Part shown: positions 17,047 to 30,255 of the stretch, in pieces
Layout: each line of letters begins with the position of its first letter
How positions within the stretch are numbered: position 1 is the first letter of the stretch
Assembly (NCBI RefSeq): GCF_009914755.1
Contig: NC_060934.1
Strand: one strand, 5' to 3'
DNA from: the human T2T-CHM13v2.0 reference genome, Homo sapiens
Length of the DNA: 64,000 nucleotides
The notes under the pieces: generated by a model
Databases searched by the model: none
What the model saw: the letters and a program-made list of their open reading frames with translations, nothing else
What the model was told of the DNA's origin: nothing
Position numbers and translations under genes: made by a program

Positions 17047-18539
17047 TATTTATGTTCTCTTCTTCCAAGCTAAGCTGTTTTTATCATTAGATGTGCTGTG
17101 TCACCTAACATTTATGGGATTTACTATACCATGATATCTGCATGTATCTAAAGAAGAGAGAAAGGGTAAAGAAACAGATGGTAACATACATTATTACTGA
17201 TCAGGAATGCCTGGTTCAGAGATGTGAAAAAGAGCTCATAAACATCAAGCAATGTAAAAATGGAACAAAGTGTCAGAGAAAAAAAACATGTTTATTCATT
17301 CATTTATTTGTTCAAGAGAATCTTCTTAAATGCCTGCAAAATATAACCCCTTGGTGAAGGAAGGGCTGTGGAAAAATGCTTTTACATCAATGTCTGTGAT
17401 ACCGAGGAATTTATAAAGTTGCAATTGTTGATATTTATTTGCCAAAATACATCATATTTAGAAGAGTAAAATGATAGAGTTTTGGTGGAAATAGAAAGTC
17501 AGTTTGAAAAAAATAACTATAATTTTCATAATTATAAAACAGTTTGGTAATATATATGTATACATATTTAAAGAAAAACCAAGGTGCAATATAATTTGAA
17601 TACCAAAATATCCATCTGTGTTTTTCTTCAACAAATTAATTATTGTAAACTGATTTACAAATCCTATGTGCCACATGAATACTAAACAATTAAATTCAAA
17701 AGTGGAAGTAATAATATAAGCCAGTATTATGGGGATTATATAACTTCAGATATTTACATATGTTTGAAGAAAAAAAATTTAAAGTGTCAAAACGATAACC
17801 AGTGGGAAGTTTCTAAATATTCCTTTGATCTAAAAACAAGAGAGTTTGGGTGTTATATTTTTTTAAAAAATCATTTTCTTTTGTTGGTTTCAAATATCCT
17901 GGGAACTTAGGCAATATTTTTTCTGCCCCAAATGGTCCCACCAGAATAACTTAAAAATACATGTATATGATTGTTCCTGACCAGGCAAATCTAAGCCAAT
18001 TTAAAATTACCTTCACAAATACTTGCACCTGCAAATAATTCTATGGTAACAACTAAACTAGCCTTGTTAATTGGACCGTTAATCACAGAGGGAGCAGATT
18101 TTCCACTGCCAGAAGGGTCATCTGTGCTTCTAATTGTTTCCCTGCTGAAAGTAACCTGAAACAATTCCTAGGAGTCCCTAAGCTTAGTTTGAATAAATTG
18201 ATCAGATTGTGTCCCTCTATGATAGGCATGTCAACTCCTAAAACTATGCCTTGCATAAAATAGGCACTTGATGTGTATTTGCTAATGCACTAGTTTACTG
18301 ATGCAAACATTAGGAGAGATCTGAGTTCTATTAGTATGGCAGGCATTGAAAGGGCAGGAGGAAATACAACAGAAGTTTTACTCTCTACCTGTATGCCACA
18401 GATGAAGTTTGCTTAGAATATCACTTGTGATTTCACTTTAAAATTGCTTTCCACAATAGTAAGCCAAAGAGTCTAAAAATGTCTCCAATTTCCACTGACT
18501 TCTGTGTGTTTAAACTTGTGTCATTAAAAATAATAATTT

Positions 18540-18875
18540 AGAGCTTTATGAACCCCTCATATGGTTGCTCCTCTTTACAGATAAGGAAACTGTGACCCAG
18601 AATTGGTGACTTCACAAAGATTGTATAGATGTCAGATTAGCTATGCTGTTATTTCCACTTCACCTGTAAATACACTCTCAGTTGGAGTTTTTGACATAAG
18701 GGAGAAGACCGATGGCTTTATCCCAGCCTAAAATGTTAATGTTCCCAACAGAATAAAAGTATAGATTCCCAAAGCATGAAATGACCTTAAAATTGTCCTA
18801 GTTAACCCTTCTCCCTTTTTCACAGATGAGGAATCTGAGGACCAGAAAAGAAGAGCAGTTTCCCAGGATATATAG
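18540..18875 (-). mobile_element. Two short MIR core fragments
   Basis: 'tttacagataaggaaactgtgacccaga' and 'tttcacagatgaggaatctgaggaccaga'. Confidence 0.6.
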
Positions 18876-20796
18876 TAATTTATGCTTATAATAATGCTAT
18901 TATCAATGAGAAGCGAAATTATATTTCATTTACATTTTTTACTAAGGTAGGAAAATGTTAATACATCTTAAATTAACTTTGCTACTGGTCAGCTATAAAC
19001 TTAAAGGTTTTTATTTTTCTATTATGTAAAAAATTTAATTATTCACATTACCCTGAGACAATTGCAATAAATGATAGATTACTGACCTAATCACAGTGGA
19101 AGTAACTGAACACATAAAATTGTTTATCTCAAGGGGTCTGCAGCTCAGTATTTTAAGAGAGAACATTAAAGAGCTGAATTTTTCATTTTTATCATGAAAA
19201 AATAATCAACTATTGTAAACTTCAGACACATTTCTTCCTCTGTAGATATCAACATGTTTTCCCTGAGATCTTTCAAATAACAATAACAAAATTAGCTCAT
19301 GACTCAATACTGTCCTTTTTTTTTCAGCCTTATGTCAATTTCTAGATAAAAATGTTAACTGAAAGAGACAGACTTAAATATTTCTCTGGTCATCTCCCTT
19401 AGGGAGATCTGCAGTCTTTGTGCAGGATCATAAAAGAATGATTCATTTCAAGTTTCTAATAATTATTTCTTTGTAGTCATCATTTTTCTTCACTGTGATG
19501 GCAGGAGTGATTTTTTAAACCTGGTAATGCAATGAAGGACTGCAGGTAAACACTTAATTTGCTGACAAAGCAGGGAAACTATTCAAAGACAAAAAAAATT
19601 ACCATTTATGGATAAATCTTAGTTTGTTTTTTTAAGCGTAAGTGCTACTACCTTTTGGTAATAAGAAGAGAAAAAAGAAAGTTGAACATGGAGAGCCCTA
19701 AAAATTATTTCTCCTATGATAAAAGGAAGAAGAAAAAGGGAAGTGTGAGTGCATGTGTTTGTGTGTATGTGTGTGGGTGCACTTCTCTATAATCTTGTAC
19801 AATTCAATTTCAACTTTATAACAGCAATTGGAGTAGAAAGGAGTGTGTTCATTCAATAAGACATTTCTAATGGAAAAGTTTTGTGATAGCCCATTAGAGT
19901 GATCTAGAAGTATGGAAACTTAATCTTCAGCAGGATAGGGAAAAAGGGAGAATTTGGTGGCAGCTGCTTGCCATTGGGCCAGTGGTGAAACAGGCAGTGC
20001 AGTTGATTCATATAGCTGAGGTAGCATATTGGGTCATGGACATTGATGGCTTAATGGGAACTCATTCTCAGGGTGGGTGGTGATTTTGCTGAAGCCAAGA
20101 TGTTCCTAGCAGAAGGGATAAGGTCAAGTAGGAACAGTTCTGATTCTGGGAGAACAGGATGGATGGGTCACAACTTGTGCTGCAACCCCAGTTTAATCTG
20201 CAACTGCCTTTGGCATCTTTAATGTCAGGAAAACAACATTCAGGAGAAAGAAATCTACTATTCTACTGTTTTCTATGGAATGTAAGACACTGTCAGTTGC
20301 CAGATAAGCTGTTTAAAAAAATGCACACTTAAGAAAGAAGTAATAATGCCAATTAAAATTTAAAACAATATATCATTTTCATTTAGATTGATACTTTAAT
20401 ACTTGTTGAAGTGGATCTTTTAAATTTATATAGACATTGATTGCTATCTTATATCAGTCTTGTGTATATGTAATAAAATAAAATAAAATAAATAGGTTTA
20501 AGATGTCCTAAACTTCTTCACATCCAGAATTTTATTCTTTTGAATCACTCTGACTCAGAGTCATCACTAGCTATATATTTTATTTTAATATAATCCTTCG
20601 TGCCATTAAATGTGTTAACAATGTTGATGATGTAGCGTTTCTTAACAGAGCTCCACCATTATCTCCCAGATTTCTTCTGTGCTGCTAATGCTCACTCAGG
20701 AAATTCTGGTCCTTGTGTATTACCAGAAAGTGACAATGAAAGGTTTTCAGAAGACACTCGGTTATTGGAAGGACAACAACAATATATTCCTTTTTC

Positions 20797-21029
20797 TTTT
20801 TTTTTAAATTTTATTATTATTATATTTTAAGTTTTAGGGTACATGTGCACAATGTGCAGGGTTGTTACATATGCATACATGTGCCATGTTGGTGTGCTGC
20901 ACCCATTAACTCGTCATTTAGCATTAGGTATATCTCCCAATGCTATCCCTCCCCCCTCCCCCCACCCCACAACAGTTCCCAGTGTGTGATGTTCCCCTTC
21001 CTGTGTCCATGTGTTCTCATTGTTCAATT
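20797..21029 (-). mobile_element. Severely 5'-truncated young L1PA (~230 bp) with a 78-bp flanking direct repeat
   Basis: L1PA 3'UTR 'tttagggtacatgtgcacaatgtgcagg...catttagcattaggtatatctcc'; flanks 20719-20796 and 21027-21104 are near-identical. Confidence 0.95.
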
Positions 21030-22429
21030 ACCAGAAAGTGACAATGAAAGGTTTTCAGAAGACACTTGGTTATTGGAAGGAGAACAATAATATATTCCTT
21101 TTTCAAGTGATTCTTAAATGATTTCTGGAATTAAGTGTCAAGGGGTTGCAGTTGTCTGTCTAATCATGCCACCAGGAATCACGACCAAGTTTGTGCATGC
21201 CCGGGCAATGACAACCACCACATTGTAACCTTCCCAGCTTACAGAAATTATAATATTTCAACATAATTACTGAGACTTAAGTATGGACAAATGACCATCT
21301 CCAAATTGGTGAAACATACTGAATTACCTCAGGCATCAAGTCATCCATCTTCTATTCTTCCGTAAGAGAAAAGTAAACATAATAAAACCCAAACACTGTC
21401 CTCTCCATCTTCCCCCACCTGCAGCCTTGGCTCCTGCTAAGACTAACATGTTTTCCTTCCTTTTTCTTTTGAATTCAGGGAAGAGCTCTTAGTGTTATTT
21501 TTGAATGACTCCACATTAAACTTTTCATTTGAATCCAATTTTATGAACTACATCAAGGGTTTTACTCTAAATGTTCAATCATCTCAGGGTCAGCGCAGTT
21601 TCCAGGGAAGCCCCAATCATGTAAACAGTGTGAAGTGTTGTCACCTGCAGTTCACCAGAGTTGAGGTTCTGGGCAATTCTAGTGAAATTGGCGTGACTTT
21701 TTTTCTTTGCATGCTTACCAGGCAATATCCTCCTTTATTCTCCCTTCCACCAAAAAGGAAAAAGAAAAACATTACAGAAACTTTCTCCAAACCAGAGTTT
21801 TTACTCCGTTATTATCCAAATGGATTCTCAGCTGGCACCGGAATGGGAGCTTCTGGAACTCCCTGACTCGTTTTGGGAAGCTGTTGATTGGCCCACAGTG
21901 GGTTCCTGAGCAGGGATCTGGAATAGACAAAGAGATGAGAGAATAGAAAATATTGGCTGTCTGTGTGTACTCTGTGCATACACTGCATATGGAATATTAG
22001 TTAAAGAATGTCTGTCCTGTTTTAATTATATATATTTCAAAAGGATCCTTCCTTTCTGATTTCCTGTTTCAGTCATTTAAACACTATTTTTGGCATCCTG
22101 CACACTCTGCTTTACTTTTGTTATTTATAAAATATGGGAGAAGGGAGTAGGTAACACCATTCTGTGCAAATAATAGTAAATATTCTGTTCACTGAATCTT
22201 TGAGTGATACATTGATAAACTATTACATTACTCTTCAGTCATTGGCAAATGATTCTTGGATTTCCACCAGTTACAATGTTTTTTTAGAAAATACAGTGCT
22301 AAGCACAACATTCAATTTTACATACATTTAGGATAAAAAATAAATGGCCATGGGAGAAGGAGCCTGAGACATGAAAAGGAACATGCTTTTGGGGGATAAA
22401 TTCCATTCATCCTCATTGACACTATTGTT

Positions 22430-22887
22430 ATTTTTTAATTTCTTTTAATTTAATTTTAAGTTCTGGGATACATGTGCAGGACATGCAGGTTTGTTACATA
22501 GGTAAATGTGTGCCATGGTGGTTTGCTGTAGCTATCAACCCATCGCCTAGGTGTTAAGCCCCACATGCATTAGCTATTTATCCTGATGCTCTCCCTCTCC
22601 CAAACCTCTGCCACCGACAGGCCCCAGTGTGTGTTGTTCTCCTCCCTGTGTCCCTGTGTTCTCATTGTTCAACTCCCTCTTATAAGTGAGAACATGTGGT
22701 ATTTGGTTTTCTGTTCCTGTGTTAGTTTGCTGAGGATAATGGCTTCCAGCTCCATTCATGTCCCTGAATTGCAGCACTATTCACAATAGCAAAGACATGG
22801 ACTCAACCCAAATGCCCATCAATGATAGACTGGAAAAGAAAATGTGGTACGTTATACACCATGGAATACTATGCAGCCATAAAAAAG
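22430..22887 (-). mobile_element. 5'-inverted (twin-primed) truncated L1PA (L1PA7-10-like)
   Basis: Antisense 3' end 22430-22766, sense segment 22767-22887, TSD gacactattgtt at 22418 and 22888. Confidence 0.92.
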
Positions 22888-23938
22888 GACACTATTGTTT
22901 TTTGTCCCACGAAGCTGCTTACTGCTTTGGCAAACTGGCCACATTTTCTGTGTATGGCTACCACACCATCCTAAAGGTCTTTTTACAACTTTCACTTCTA
23001 ACTTGATTCCTCCATGTGGCTTAATCTTTTCAAAAGTACCATGTACCTTTCTAATTACTGTTCTTCAATAACACCACTGCCCACAATTCAGCTTTACCTG
23101 TATGTCTCCATGCCCTACTTTGACTCTTTGATCCCTTTCAGATAGAGGCCTCTTCTTTGCTCACCATCTACAACCCACCAGCAATAAAGTGCTATGGGGT
23201 AGAAAAGAATTCAGAAGGAACCTTCCTGTTCTCAATAGCTTAAAATATACGATGTAAGTATATAATACATAGTCAGACAAAACAGAATAAATGAGTTTAT
23301 GCCAAGCCATCATTCCTGAATATGCATCACCGAGCTCTATATAGTACCAAGAGATGCTGTATTTCAAAAGTTTCATGGTCAAATGCATTTTGGAAATGCT
23401 ATATTATTATATTCCACTTTTATGAGATTCAGAGTGTACATCAGTATATTAAAAGACCTGAGAAACTCTGTCTTACAAACACCAATTTAACGTGCTGAGT
23501 GCCAATATTGTCCCAGATTATCTGACTTGACTATTTCTTTGCTATTGCTAGTCATGGGGCATTGTACCAGCCTTTCCTGAATTCCATAAATCCATCCCAC
23601 TACCTGTAAAAGTCCCTGTTAGATTCTGTTCAATCACCCTTTTAGCCTATCATTTGTTTCCTGCCCATCCTGTACACTTTGGGACCATTCTCCCATGGCA
23701 CCAACAACCATAAAGACTCATGCTTCTTTCCCATGCTGGTCTCCAAGGCTGGAAAGGCATTTTATCCATTTTCTAGCTGTAGACATCATGTTAACTATTC
23801 AGGGCCCATCCCAATTGTTCTTCTTTTTCCTTTCAGTTTTTCTACTTCCAAAAATCAGAAGTATTCCTTATTCTGGGTTCCCATTTATATTAATCAAACT
23901 ATTCTCATGCTTTGTCCCACTGGCCCTATCCTCTACAC

Positions 23939-24465
23939 CAGTGGTCCCCAACCCCTGGGCCATGGACTGGTACTGATCCATGCCCTGTTAGGATCTGGAC
24001 CGCACAGCAGGAGGTGAGTGGCAGGCAAGCAAGTGAAGCTTCATCTGCATTTACAGCTGCTCTCCATCACTCACATTACTGCCTGAGCTCCACCTCCTGT
24101 CAGATCAGTGACAGCATTAGATTCTCATAAGAGTTCAAACTCTATTGTGAACTGTGGATACGAAGGATCTAGACTGCATGCTCCTTATGAGAATCTAATG
24201 CCTGATGATCTGTCACTCTTTCCCATCACCCCCAGATGGGACTGTTTAATTGCAAGAAAACAAGCTCAGGGCTCCCACTGATTCTACATTATGGTGAGTT
24301 GTATAATTATTTCATTATATAAAATGTAATAATAATAGAAATAAAGTGCACAAAAAATGTAATGCACTTGAATCATCCCCAAACTATCCTCCCCACCCCT
24401 AGTCCATGGAAAAAAATGTCTTCCACGAAACTGGTCCCTAGTATCAAAAGGGTTGGCAACCACTG
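23939..24465. mobile_element. MER1A (hAT-Charlie MITE), full length
   Basis: 527 bp between TIRs cagtggtccccaacc / ggttggcaaccactg; 8-bp TSD ctctacac / cgccacac (6/8). Confidence 0.92.
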
Positions 24466-25084
24466 CGCCACACCATTGAACACGATGTATTTTAGTTAGC
24501 AAGTTCTCTTTATGGGTTTTTTGAATTGAATTTAAGGTGAGGCATTGCATGTAGCTGATAAAAGAAAATAAAAGATTAGTTGTATCTTTTGGGATTTAAC
24601 AACATTCTCCAATCCCCACTGCATGGTTCATGTTTCTAGTAAAGTGTTTGATCAAAAGTAAAAATCCAAACTGTCACTTAAGCACTTTAGAAAGAGCAAA
24701 TATATTATTCCTCTTCACTATATTGTTATTAGAGCAAGATCACTACAGGCCAACAAGAGATGGGTCTCAGGAAACTATCAGAGCTCCACTATATAAACAT
24801 AGCATGCTTTGGATAACTAATCCTCCATCATTCCAGAGTAGTCCTTTCCAGTCCATCTGATGATGTTGAGTATATTCAGATCCTTTCTTCTCCAAGTAGG
24901 GTGTGGATCATCACATAGGACTAGACACTCAGATTACTCATCCATAGCAGTCACATTGATGGTTTAGGAATCATTTTGTTACTCATACGGGCCTATAAGA
25001 ATCCTATGAAATACACTGCAAAACAATTGAGAGAGACAACCTTTTGCTTTAGGATTTGTAAGCTATCAAGTTGATAGCCTTCAT

Positions 25085-25500
25085 TTTAGTTAAGATAGAA
25101 TATGTTTTTGTTATAATAACAAAATCCCCAAATCACTAGAGATTAACATCACAAGATTTATTTCTGTATTTCTCTCTTACACAAAGTTCACCGTAGTTCT
25201 AAGAGGTTCACCACATGGTGACTTATGTGTCCAGCCTGATTAAAATTATCATCAAGGACCTGTACCACTGGGGGCACATGGCCTCTTTTGTCAATATTGC
25301 AGGTAGAACAATTCTGGGTCAATGTTGTAGATAAAATAATATTGGGCATGGGGGACTTCAAGCATGAACTTTTCACTGCATCAGCCTGAGAGTGACATGG
25401 GTCACTTCCTTCTGCAGTGCACTGTCTAGAACTAATGACACAGCCCACTGAACTGCAAGTAAAAGGAAGGTGTGTATTACTGTCTCTGTCACAGCTCCTG
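25085..25500 (-). mobile_element. MLT1K-like MaLR LTR
   Basis: 'ataacaaaatccccaaatc...acaagatttatttc' and 'gtcacttcc...gtctagaactaatgacacagcccactgaactgcaag'. Confidence 0.6.
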
Positions 25501-26149
25501 ACTTTTCACAATCATCCCATATCCGTGTGGAAATAGCCTAACAATGAAGCCAAGTAGCAGCTAGTAAAGTCAAGAGTTGTTGATGAAAATTTCTGATGGA
25601 AAGAGTCAAGCCCAGGCCCAGCTATACAGAAACTATGCCACAGGGCTCCCACAGGCATCCAAAAAAGCAGAAAAAAATGCTTATGTATTTGTATGTGTGT
25701 GTTTGTGTGTGTGCATGTGTATGTATGTCATACACACCAAGCCTAAGAAATAAATGTGCACCCTAATGCATATGAGGTATGAAAAAAAAAAAAGAAATTT
25801 GGACCCAGAAATTCAAATTTAAAAACTGTCACAGAATTATTGCTGCTGTTGTAGAAACATCTCTACAAGTAGCTTTCTGTTCTCTGCTCCATGGTTAAAT
25901 AAGCAAGCTAGGCAGAAGGAGAAGTAGACTTTTATAGCTAATTAGAAATTAGGAAAGCAATGCCAGATATACCATTTATTTAAGCTTACAAATCTTCAAG
26001 GAGGACAATTGGCTGTGGCTTATTGAGACATATGACAAACCACCAAAAGGAGTTATAGGTGACAAGCTGCTCTCTAACTTTGAAATCACCTTATAGAATG
26101 TTTAATTGCCTTTAGGGTAAATTATAAAAGGAATTTCTAATGTTTAAGT

Positions 26150-26330
26150 TCTAATAATAACAATAGTTGGCCTTCACTGAGTGCCTACTATATGTCTCAG
26201 ACATGGTACTAAGTGCTTTGCTTAAGTTATCTCTGTTAAATCTTACAACAACCCAGTAAGCTTGCTAATAATATTATTGTACTATACAAATCAGAATATG
26301 GAGGCATAGAGAAGGTAAATAATTTGGAAA
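26150..26330 (-). mobile_element. MIR
   Basis: 'actgagtgcctactatatgtctcagacatggtactaagtgcttt...gaggcatagagaaggtaaataatttg'. Confidence 0.8.
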
Positions 26331-26749
26331 AGACCGATGAGGAATTATGAATTGACTGATATAAATTAAGTATTTGAATGTAAAAGTAAATTATACCTAA
26401 GTGTTTGTATTTTTAAAGTCTTGGTTGTTTATCATGTGTTACAAATGGCATCTGGTACAATAACTTTTGAAAAAAGTCATGTACTATGTTTGCATTTTTA
26501 AACAAAGCATTCTATTTTTGAAATAAGAAAAGCCCTGAAGGAAACTGCTTCTTTATTCCTCAGATCTTTCTAGAGCTGAAGCCTCATAATGTATTGTAAT
26601 GATGAGCAAAATACCAAGAAAAGAAGTAAATAGTGTTGCCTGCTAATGTTGACAAATCTAAATAGAAGATGATAGGGCCCCATGAGTATTAAAGCTCACT
26701 TTGGTAGAATTTCCTTGGCATGATGTCATACACAAGGTCTTTTTTATTA

Positions 26750-26965
26750 AATAATCTGAATTTGATTTCTTTCCAACCTATAACTAGCTGCAAGACCTTC
26801 TTAACATTTACAAATCTCAGTTTTCTCATCTGTAAAACAGGAATCATAGTAATACTGAAAGCATCTATCTTTCTGGCTTATCATAAGTATGGAAGAAAAT
26901 TATCAATGTAAAAAGATGTCTCATCTTGCCTGGCATATTATGGGAACTTATAAAATGTTGGCTAT
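26750..26965 (+). mobile_element. MIR
   Basis: 'tctcagttttctcatctgtaaaacaggaatcatagtaatac'. Confidence 0.75.
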
Positions 26966-26985
26966 CATCACCCTTACCACCACTA

Positions 26986-26986
26986 C

Positions 26987-27023
<37 letters not shown>

Positions 27024-27030
27024 GTCATCA
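26986..27030. repeat. (CAT)n trinucleotide repeat
   Basis: Directly visible. Confidence 0.95.
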
Positions 27031-27759
27031 CTCTAATAATCAGAATTGTCACCAGTCATAACTCTTTATCACTCAAGCACACTGAAGCAACTAACTTGGA
27101 CCAATTATCATATTGTTGATTATCTGTTTTAATCTCTGGAGGATGGCTAAATTTTGATTCATTTTGTTGTCAGCTTTTTGTTAGGTGTCCCTCCCCCAAT
27201 TATGTATTTAGGGACTGAAGAAACAGTGATCCAAAATTAAAACACTTATGCTAATAGGATATAATTGCAACTTAACAGGTAGGAATTCGTGCTTTTGGAG
27301 ATATAAGCACAAGATAATTTGAACATTTGGTTCGTAGTGTGGACACTGCTGTTGTGTTGAGTAAAGCATCAACGAACACAAATAATGTGAGGGGAAAAGG
27401 CTCACAATATTTTCCATAAACAAAATGGCATTTAATGTTGTTTACAGGTATGCTTGAAATTTCAACTAATACAACTACAAATGTACCTGTTTAAAAGTCA
27501 GGCAATTAAACACAAGCAAGAAAAAGAATGAAAACTTAGCAGTTATAAAGTAAACCAAGCAGCCAAGAATTTCTAGGCATAAAATCCACATAGATGTTAG
27601 TAAATGATTTTTTTTTGGTGATGTCCTGTGTGACAGCATCCGTCTCTTCATTCTATCTGTGAGGTTAGATTAGGTTTCTTTGACCATTTCCTTTATTTCT
27701 TCACATCTTTCCCTTTTTTACCAAGGTGGAACAAATCACAGTGCTGAGGAATCTCAGAG

Positions 27760-27763
<4 letters not shown>

Positions 27764-27804
<41 letters not shown>

Positions 27805-27807
27805 CAC
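27764..27807. repeat. (CA)n microsatellite
   Basis: Directly visible. Confidence 0.95.
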
Positions 27808-27899
27808 CCCTATATCTATATTCATGAATAAAAATTATATAGTTCCTTCTTATTCATCATGAATAATTTTACAGTGAAGAATGCAGAAAGCTGATTGGC

Positions 27900-28800
27900 A
27901 ATTACAATGTAGATGAATATTCTCATGGGGTAAGTCTGTGAGCACATAGGAGGATTACCAGATTAAACCCTGGGCATATCGGGAAGGCTTCCTGAAGGAA
28001 GCAACTTTTCCACTGCAACCCACAGGACAAGGAGCTGGTTATGTTGTGTGCGAAGTTAAGTTCTTTGAGGAAGGTGAGGATGGTTTATTTTTATTTTATT
28101 CTTTTTTTATTTATAACACTGAGATAACAGGAAACAAGTAGGAGAGGTTTAAAGAAGAGCAAAGGGCATGTATGGAAACAGGAGATCATGGCATGGTGGA
28201 ACTTAGAAAGCACGTATTATGGTCAGAATGTGGAGTTTGGGCTTGGTGACGGATAAAAGCTAGAGAGACAAGGAAAGCACTGGGAGGCTTAAATGGTGCT
28301 CTAGACAGATCACACATACATTCTAGAAAGATCATTTTAGCTAAACTATGGACACGAATTTGAAGGATATGAAATAAGATTAGCAATGGGGGACAAATTA
28401 AGAGGCTGTTGCAGTAATTCAGGTAAGACATATGGTGGCCTGTACTAGGGTAATAAAAATAAGGAGATATATATGGATTCAAGAAATAATAAGACAGTGA
28501 GATCAACAGAACTTAGTGATTTCTGGTGTGTGTGTGTGTGTGTGTGGTTTTGTTGATGGAGAAGAATAAGAATTCAAGGACTCTGTCCAGCTTACTGGCT
28601 TGAGAAAATGAGTGGATCTATTCATAAAGACAAGGATCCTGGGGGAAGTGTACATTTATGAAGAAGGAGGTGGAATTTGGAAGAAATCTTTCATAAGCAT
28701 GGAGGAAAGGAACTCATCAAAATTAACGAGAAGGAACAATCAAAGAGACAGGAGGTAAAGCAGAAAAAGTTATTGTCTAATAAGTTTTAGTCATCTAAGG
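27900..28800 (-). mobile_element. L2 LINE fragments
   Basis: 'ggaaggcttcctgaaggaag', 'tagaaagatcattttagct', 'aattaagaggctgttgcagtaattcaggtaaga', 'tggcttgagaaaatgagtgga'. Confidence 0.7.
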
Positions 28801-29412
28801 AAGCATGTGTTTGAAAAAAGAGAATTGTATGTGTGTGTACACATTGGGGAGCAAGGGTTACAAAGCAGACATTTATTTGCTGAGAAGTAAACAGAGTCTG
28901 AGGAAGCAGAGAGAGTGAGTACAAATGTCTTTCCTCTCTAACGCTAAAGTACCATGTCACAAACAAGAGATGCCTATCACTGAGTCAGAGCAGGGTACCT
29001 GTCTTCCCAACAAAATTAAAATAGGGAGAGAAAAGAAAAGAACTCAAACAACTCTCAGAAGAGAGATAAATTTAGGAGAGCATTGTTTAAACCTAGGATC
29101 AAGGTTCCTGTTATTCATTAGTGGCAGATGCCTATATACTCAATACGTGAGAGTGAAAGAAAGAGGAAGGGAGGAGAACAGTTCCCAGGACTGAGAAGCT
29201 CAGTTGCAGGTTTCCATGGAAATATTTTTAGCCAAATGGCTGGTCACTCTGCTCACACACTGGTATTGTGTTTCCAGTGGCAAAATAATGCCACCTGGTG
29301 TGCTGCTTTAGGTGTTCAGCATCTGAAACCATTTGGAAAGTTAGGGAAAGCCAGAGATGGATGTTCTAGAGAAGTCTGCCATTGTTCCTAAAAGCATACA
29401 ATTGACTGATAG

Positions 29413-29596
29413 TAATGATAATGTGATAATAATAATATTAATATGATACTAATGATACTAATATGATACTCCTACTAATAATAATATGATACTCATATGC
29501 ATGCTAATGATAATGTGATGATAATATTATTAATATGATACTAATACTATGATACTACTACTACTAATAATATGATACTCATATACCTGCTAATAA
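29413..29596. repeat. AT-rich ~90-bp tandem duplication built from (TAA/TGA/TAC) units
   Basis: Two copies starting 'taatgataatgtgat' (29413, 29505) and ending 'aataatatgatactcatat..tgc'. Confidence 0.8.
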
Positions 29597-29604
29597 ATTG
29601 TAAT

Positions 29605-29830
29605 GATCATATTTATTAAGTGCATTAGTGTAGTGAGACTATGTGCTAAGGATTTTTACAAACATTAGTATCCAGTGCTCATGACCACCCAATGAAGTGG
29701 TTATTATTATTAGCCATTTTACACATGAGAAGGTAAGACTCAGGTTCTGAGATATTCGGGGACTTACCTGAGCCCACACATCTGATACATGGTAACATGA
29801 GAAGGGCAGTCAAGCTCATGCTGCCTTTTC
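29605..29830 (-). mobile_element. MIR
   Basis: 'catatttattaagtgc...tgtgctaagg...ttattattagccattttacacatgagaaggt'. Confidence 0.75.
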
Positions 29831-29876
29831 ACTTTGACATGGGAAGAACTTGATTATGATGATAAAAACACTATGA

Positions 29877-29982
29877 GGTCAGGTGCAGTGGCTCACACTT
29901 GTAATCTCAGCACTTTAGGAGGCCTAGGTGGGCAGATCACTTAAGCCCAGGAGTTCAAGACCAGCCTGGGCAACACAGAAAA

Positions 29983-30022
<40 letters not shown>
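29877..30022 (+). mobile_element. FLAM/Alu monomer whose tail is a (CA)n run
   Basis: 'ggtcaggtgcagtggctcacacttgtaatctcagcac...agcccaggagttcaagaccagcctgggcaac'; TSD acactatga at 29868 and 30023. Confidence 0.88.
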
Positions 30023-30028
<6 letters not shown>

Positions 30029-30034
30029 TGAGAT

Positions 30035-30255
30035 AACTCAAATGTATAGAACAGACAGTGTGCTAAGTGCTTTGTGGTCATTCTTTTATTTAACCCTCTC
30101 AACAGCCTTATGAGGCAGTCACTGTGGTACATCCATATTACAAACCTAGACTCAGTGAGGTTGGGTAACTTTTCTGATTTTACAGAGGTAATGTGCTGCA
30201 GAGCTGGGATTTTATCCAAGTTCTCTGATACCAGACCCTGTACACTAAGCCATCT
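30035..30255 (-). mobile_element. MIR
   Basis: 'agtgtgctaagtgcttt...taaccctctcaacagccttatgaggcag...agagctgggattt'. Confidence 0.8.

Noticed and set aside
19310-21866. Possible plus-strand exons (polypyrimidine-AG at ~19327 and ~21478; 124-aa ORF 21492..21866)
   Set aside because: No recognisable protein similarity or convincing paired donor; such acceptors are common in AT-rich DNA.
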